A DNA stretch of 60,661 nt, from contig JALNYF010000004.1 of NCBI GenBank assembly GCA_023229985.1, forward strand, positions 1-60,661. Direction: 5' to 3'. Source of the DNA: Bacteroidales bacterium. Its GTDB lineage: Bacteria; Bacteroidota; Bacteroidia; Bacteroidales; WCHB1-69. Below the pieces are notes generated by a model, which was not told where the DNA came from, ran no database searches, and worked only from the letters and a program-made list of their open reading frames with translations. How positions within the stretch are numbered: the first letter of the stretch is position 1; each line of letters starts with the position of its first letter. Below, piece after piece: positions 60,007 through 60,661 of this stretch. A program made the position numbers and the translations under genes.

Positions 60007-60661
60007 CTAATCCCTCATTCCCAATTCCTCAATTTGCTCTTTCAACAATCCGGTTATCAATACAATTTCATCGATAGGCTTTCCCATTTTCAGTAAAGTT
60101 CGGGCAATTTCCAATTTGCCTTCCAATTTACCTTCCAACTTGCCTTTCAATTCGCCCTCTAATCGACCTTTTAATTCGCCCTCCATTCTTCCTTCCAATT
60201 TTCCCTCTAATCTTCCTTCCAATTTGCCTTCTTCACGCGCGTAATTGATAGCATTGTCATAATCGTTGATCGCTTTTTTGCTTTTAATGTATCTTCTATA
60301 TTCCATTTTGTCTAATTTTGCTATTTCTGCAGCGGCAAACATCTTCTCAAAGATGGTGTCGCGATATTTTTTTGGAATCTTCTCCAATCGTTCCAAATTC
60401 TTGATAAAATACATCCATTTTTCAAAATCATTCGTCAATTCATCCTCTCTTTTCTTGAACTTCGGCATCTCCAAATAGATAAACATCAGTTTGTCGTAAA
60501 ACAACATTTTGTTCTCTCGTTTGTAAAGTTGAATCGTGTGCAAGTACTCATCTTCCGGCAATTTCAGGTAGTCAAGCGTAAAATTGAGAATGGTTATCGA
60601 ATATATTTTGTTGATACTATAGTCCCAACATCCTTTAACACCTTGAGACTGAATCGGGAAT
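60007..60661 (-). CDS. Rpn-family recombination-promoting nuclease / PD-(D/E)XK putative transposase (5'-partial, runs off the window)
   Basis: FIYLEMPKFKKREDELTNDFEKWMYFIKNL... and a C-terminal EGKLEGRLEG repeat are typical of the family. The reading frame stays open upstream of the ORF-track TTG at 60561 through to position 60661. Confidence 0.75.
   Translation of the reverse strand, partial: FPIQSQGVKGCWDYSINKIYSITILNFTLDYLKLPEDEYLHTIQLYKRENKMLFYDKLMFIYLEMPKFKKREDELTNDFEKWMYFIKNLERLEKIPKKYRDTIFEKMFAAAEIAKLDKMEYRRYIKSKKAINDYDNAINYAREEGKLEGRLEGKLEGRMEGELKGRLEGELKGKLEGKLEGKLEIARTLLKMGKPIDEIVLITGLLKEQIEELGMRD
60109..60228 (-). repeat. 10 x 12-nt in-frame tandem repeat (ttccaatttgcc-like) encoding (E/K)G(K/R/E)(L/M) tetrapeptides
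   Basis: Read directly from the sequence. Units stay in phase from 60109 to 60228 and encode EGKLEGRLEGKLEGRMEGELKGRLEGELKGKLEGKLEGKL. Confidence 0.9.

Overview
This window looks like a chromosomal segment from a Bacteroidota (Bacteroidales-like) genome. The lineage call rests on a T9SS SprA translocon, a T9SS C-terminal sorting domain, DUF4270 and Rpn-type genes, TAnnTTTG -7 promoter boxes and no obvious Shine-Dalgarno sites. It is densely packed with core housekeeping genes: kdsA, ruvA, uvrA, cysS, hflX, ispG, eno, ansA, rseP, dxr, aroA, glmS, pyrF and pyrK, plus one tRNA(CAT). I found no CRISPR array, no intact mobile element and no recognisable multi-gene defence or biosynthetic island, so I cannot support a claim of a new multi-gene system. 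Seven places stand out from ordinary core genome. (1) A 1826-aa T9SS-sorted surface protein carries about 17 tandem 51-aa two-cysteine repeats, encoded by 153-bp units that include a perfectly identical adjacent pair. (2) A 25-nt duplicate of the tRNA 3' end lies 205 bp downstream of the tRNA and is followed by a terminator, which looks like an integration scar; it sits beside an orphan four-helix-bundle (Avd/IVS-family) gene and an AT-rich gene-free stretch. (3) A gene-free region of about 1 kb contains a 21-nt imperfect inverted-repeat pair bracketing 442 bp, plus perfect hairpins. (4) A sigma-54 response regulator without a DNA-binding domain is packed between an orphan CoA-transferase A subunit and kdsA. 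(5) A stand-alone 1962-aa alpha-2-macroglobulin has a CNEQ thioester motif. (6) IspG is unusually short. (7) A partial Rpn-family nuclease gene with a 10 x 12-nt in-frame repeat lies at the right edge. All function calls come from reading the translated ORFs for motifs and family resemblance. No database search was run.
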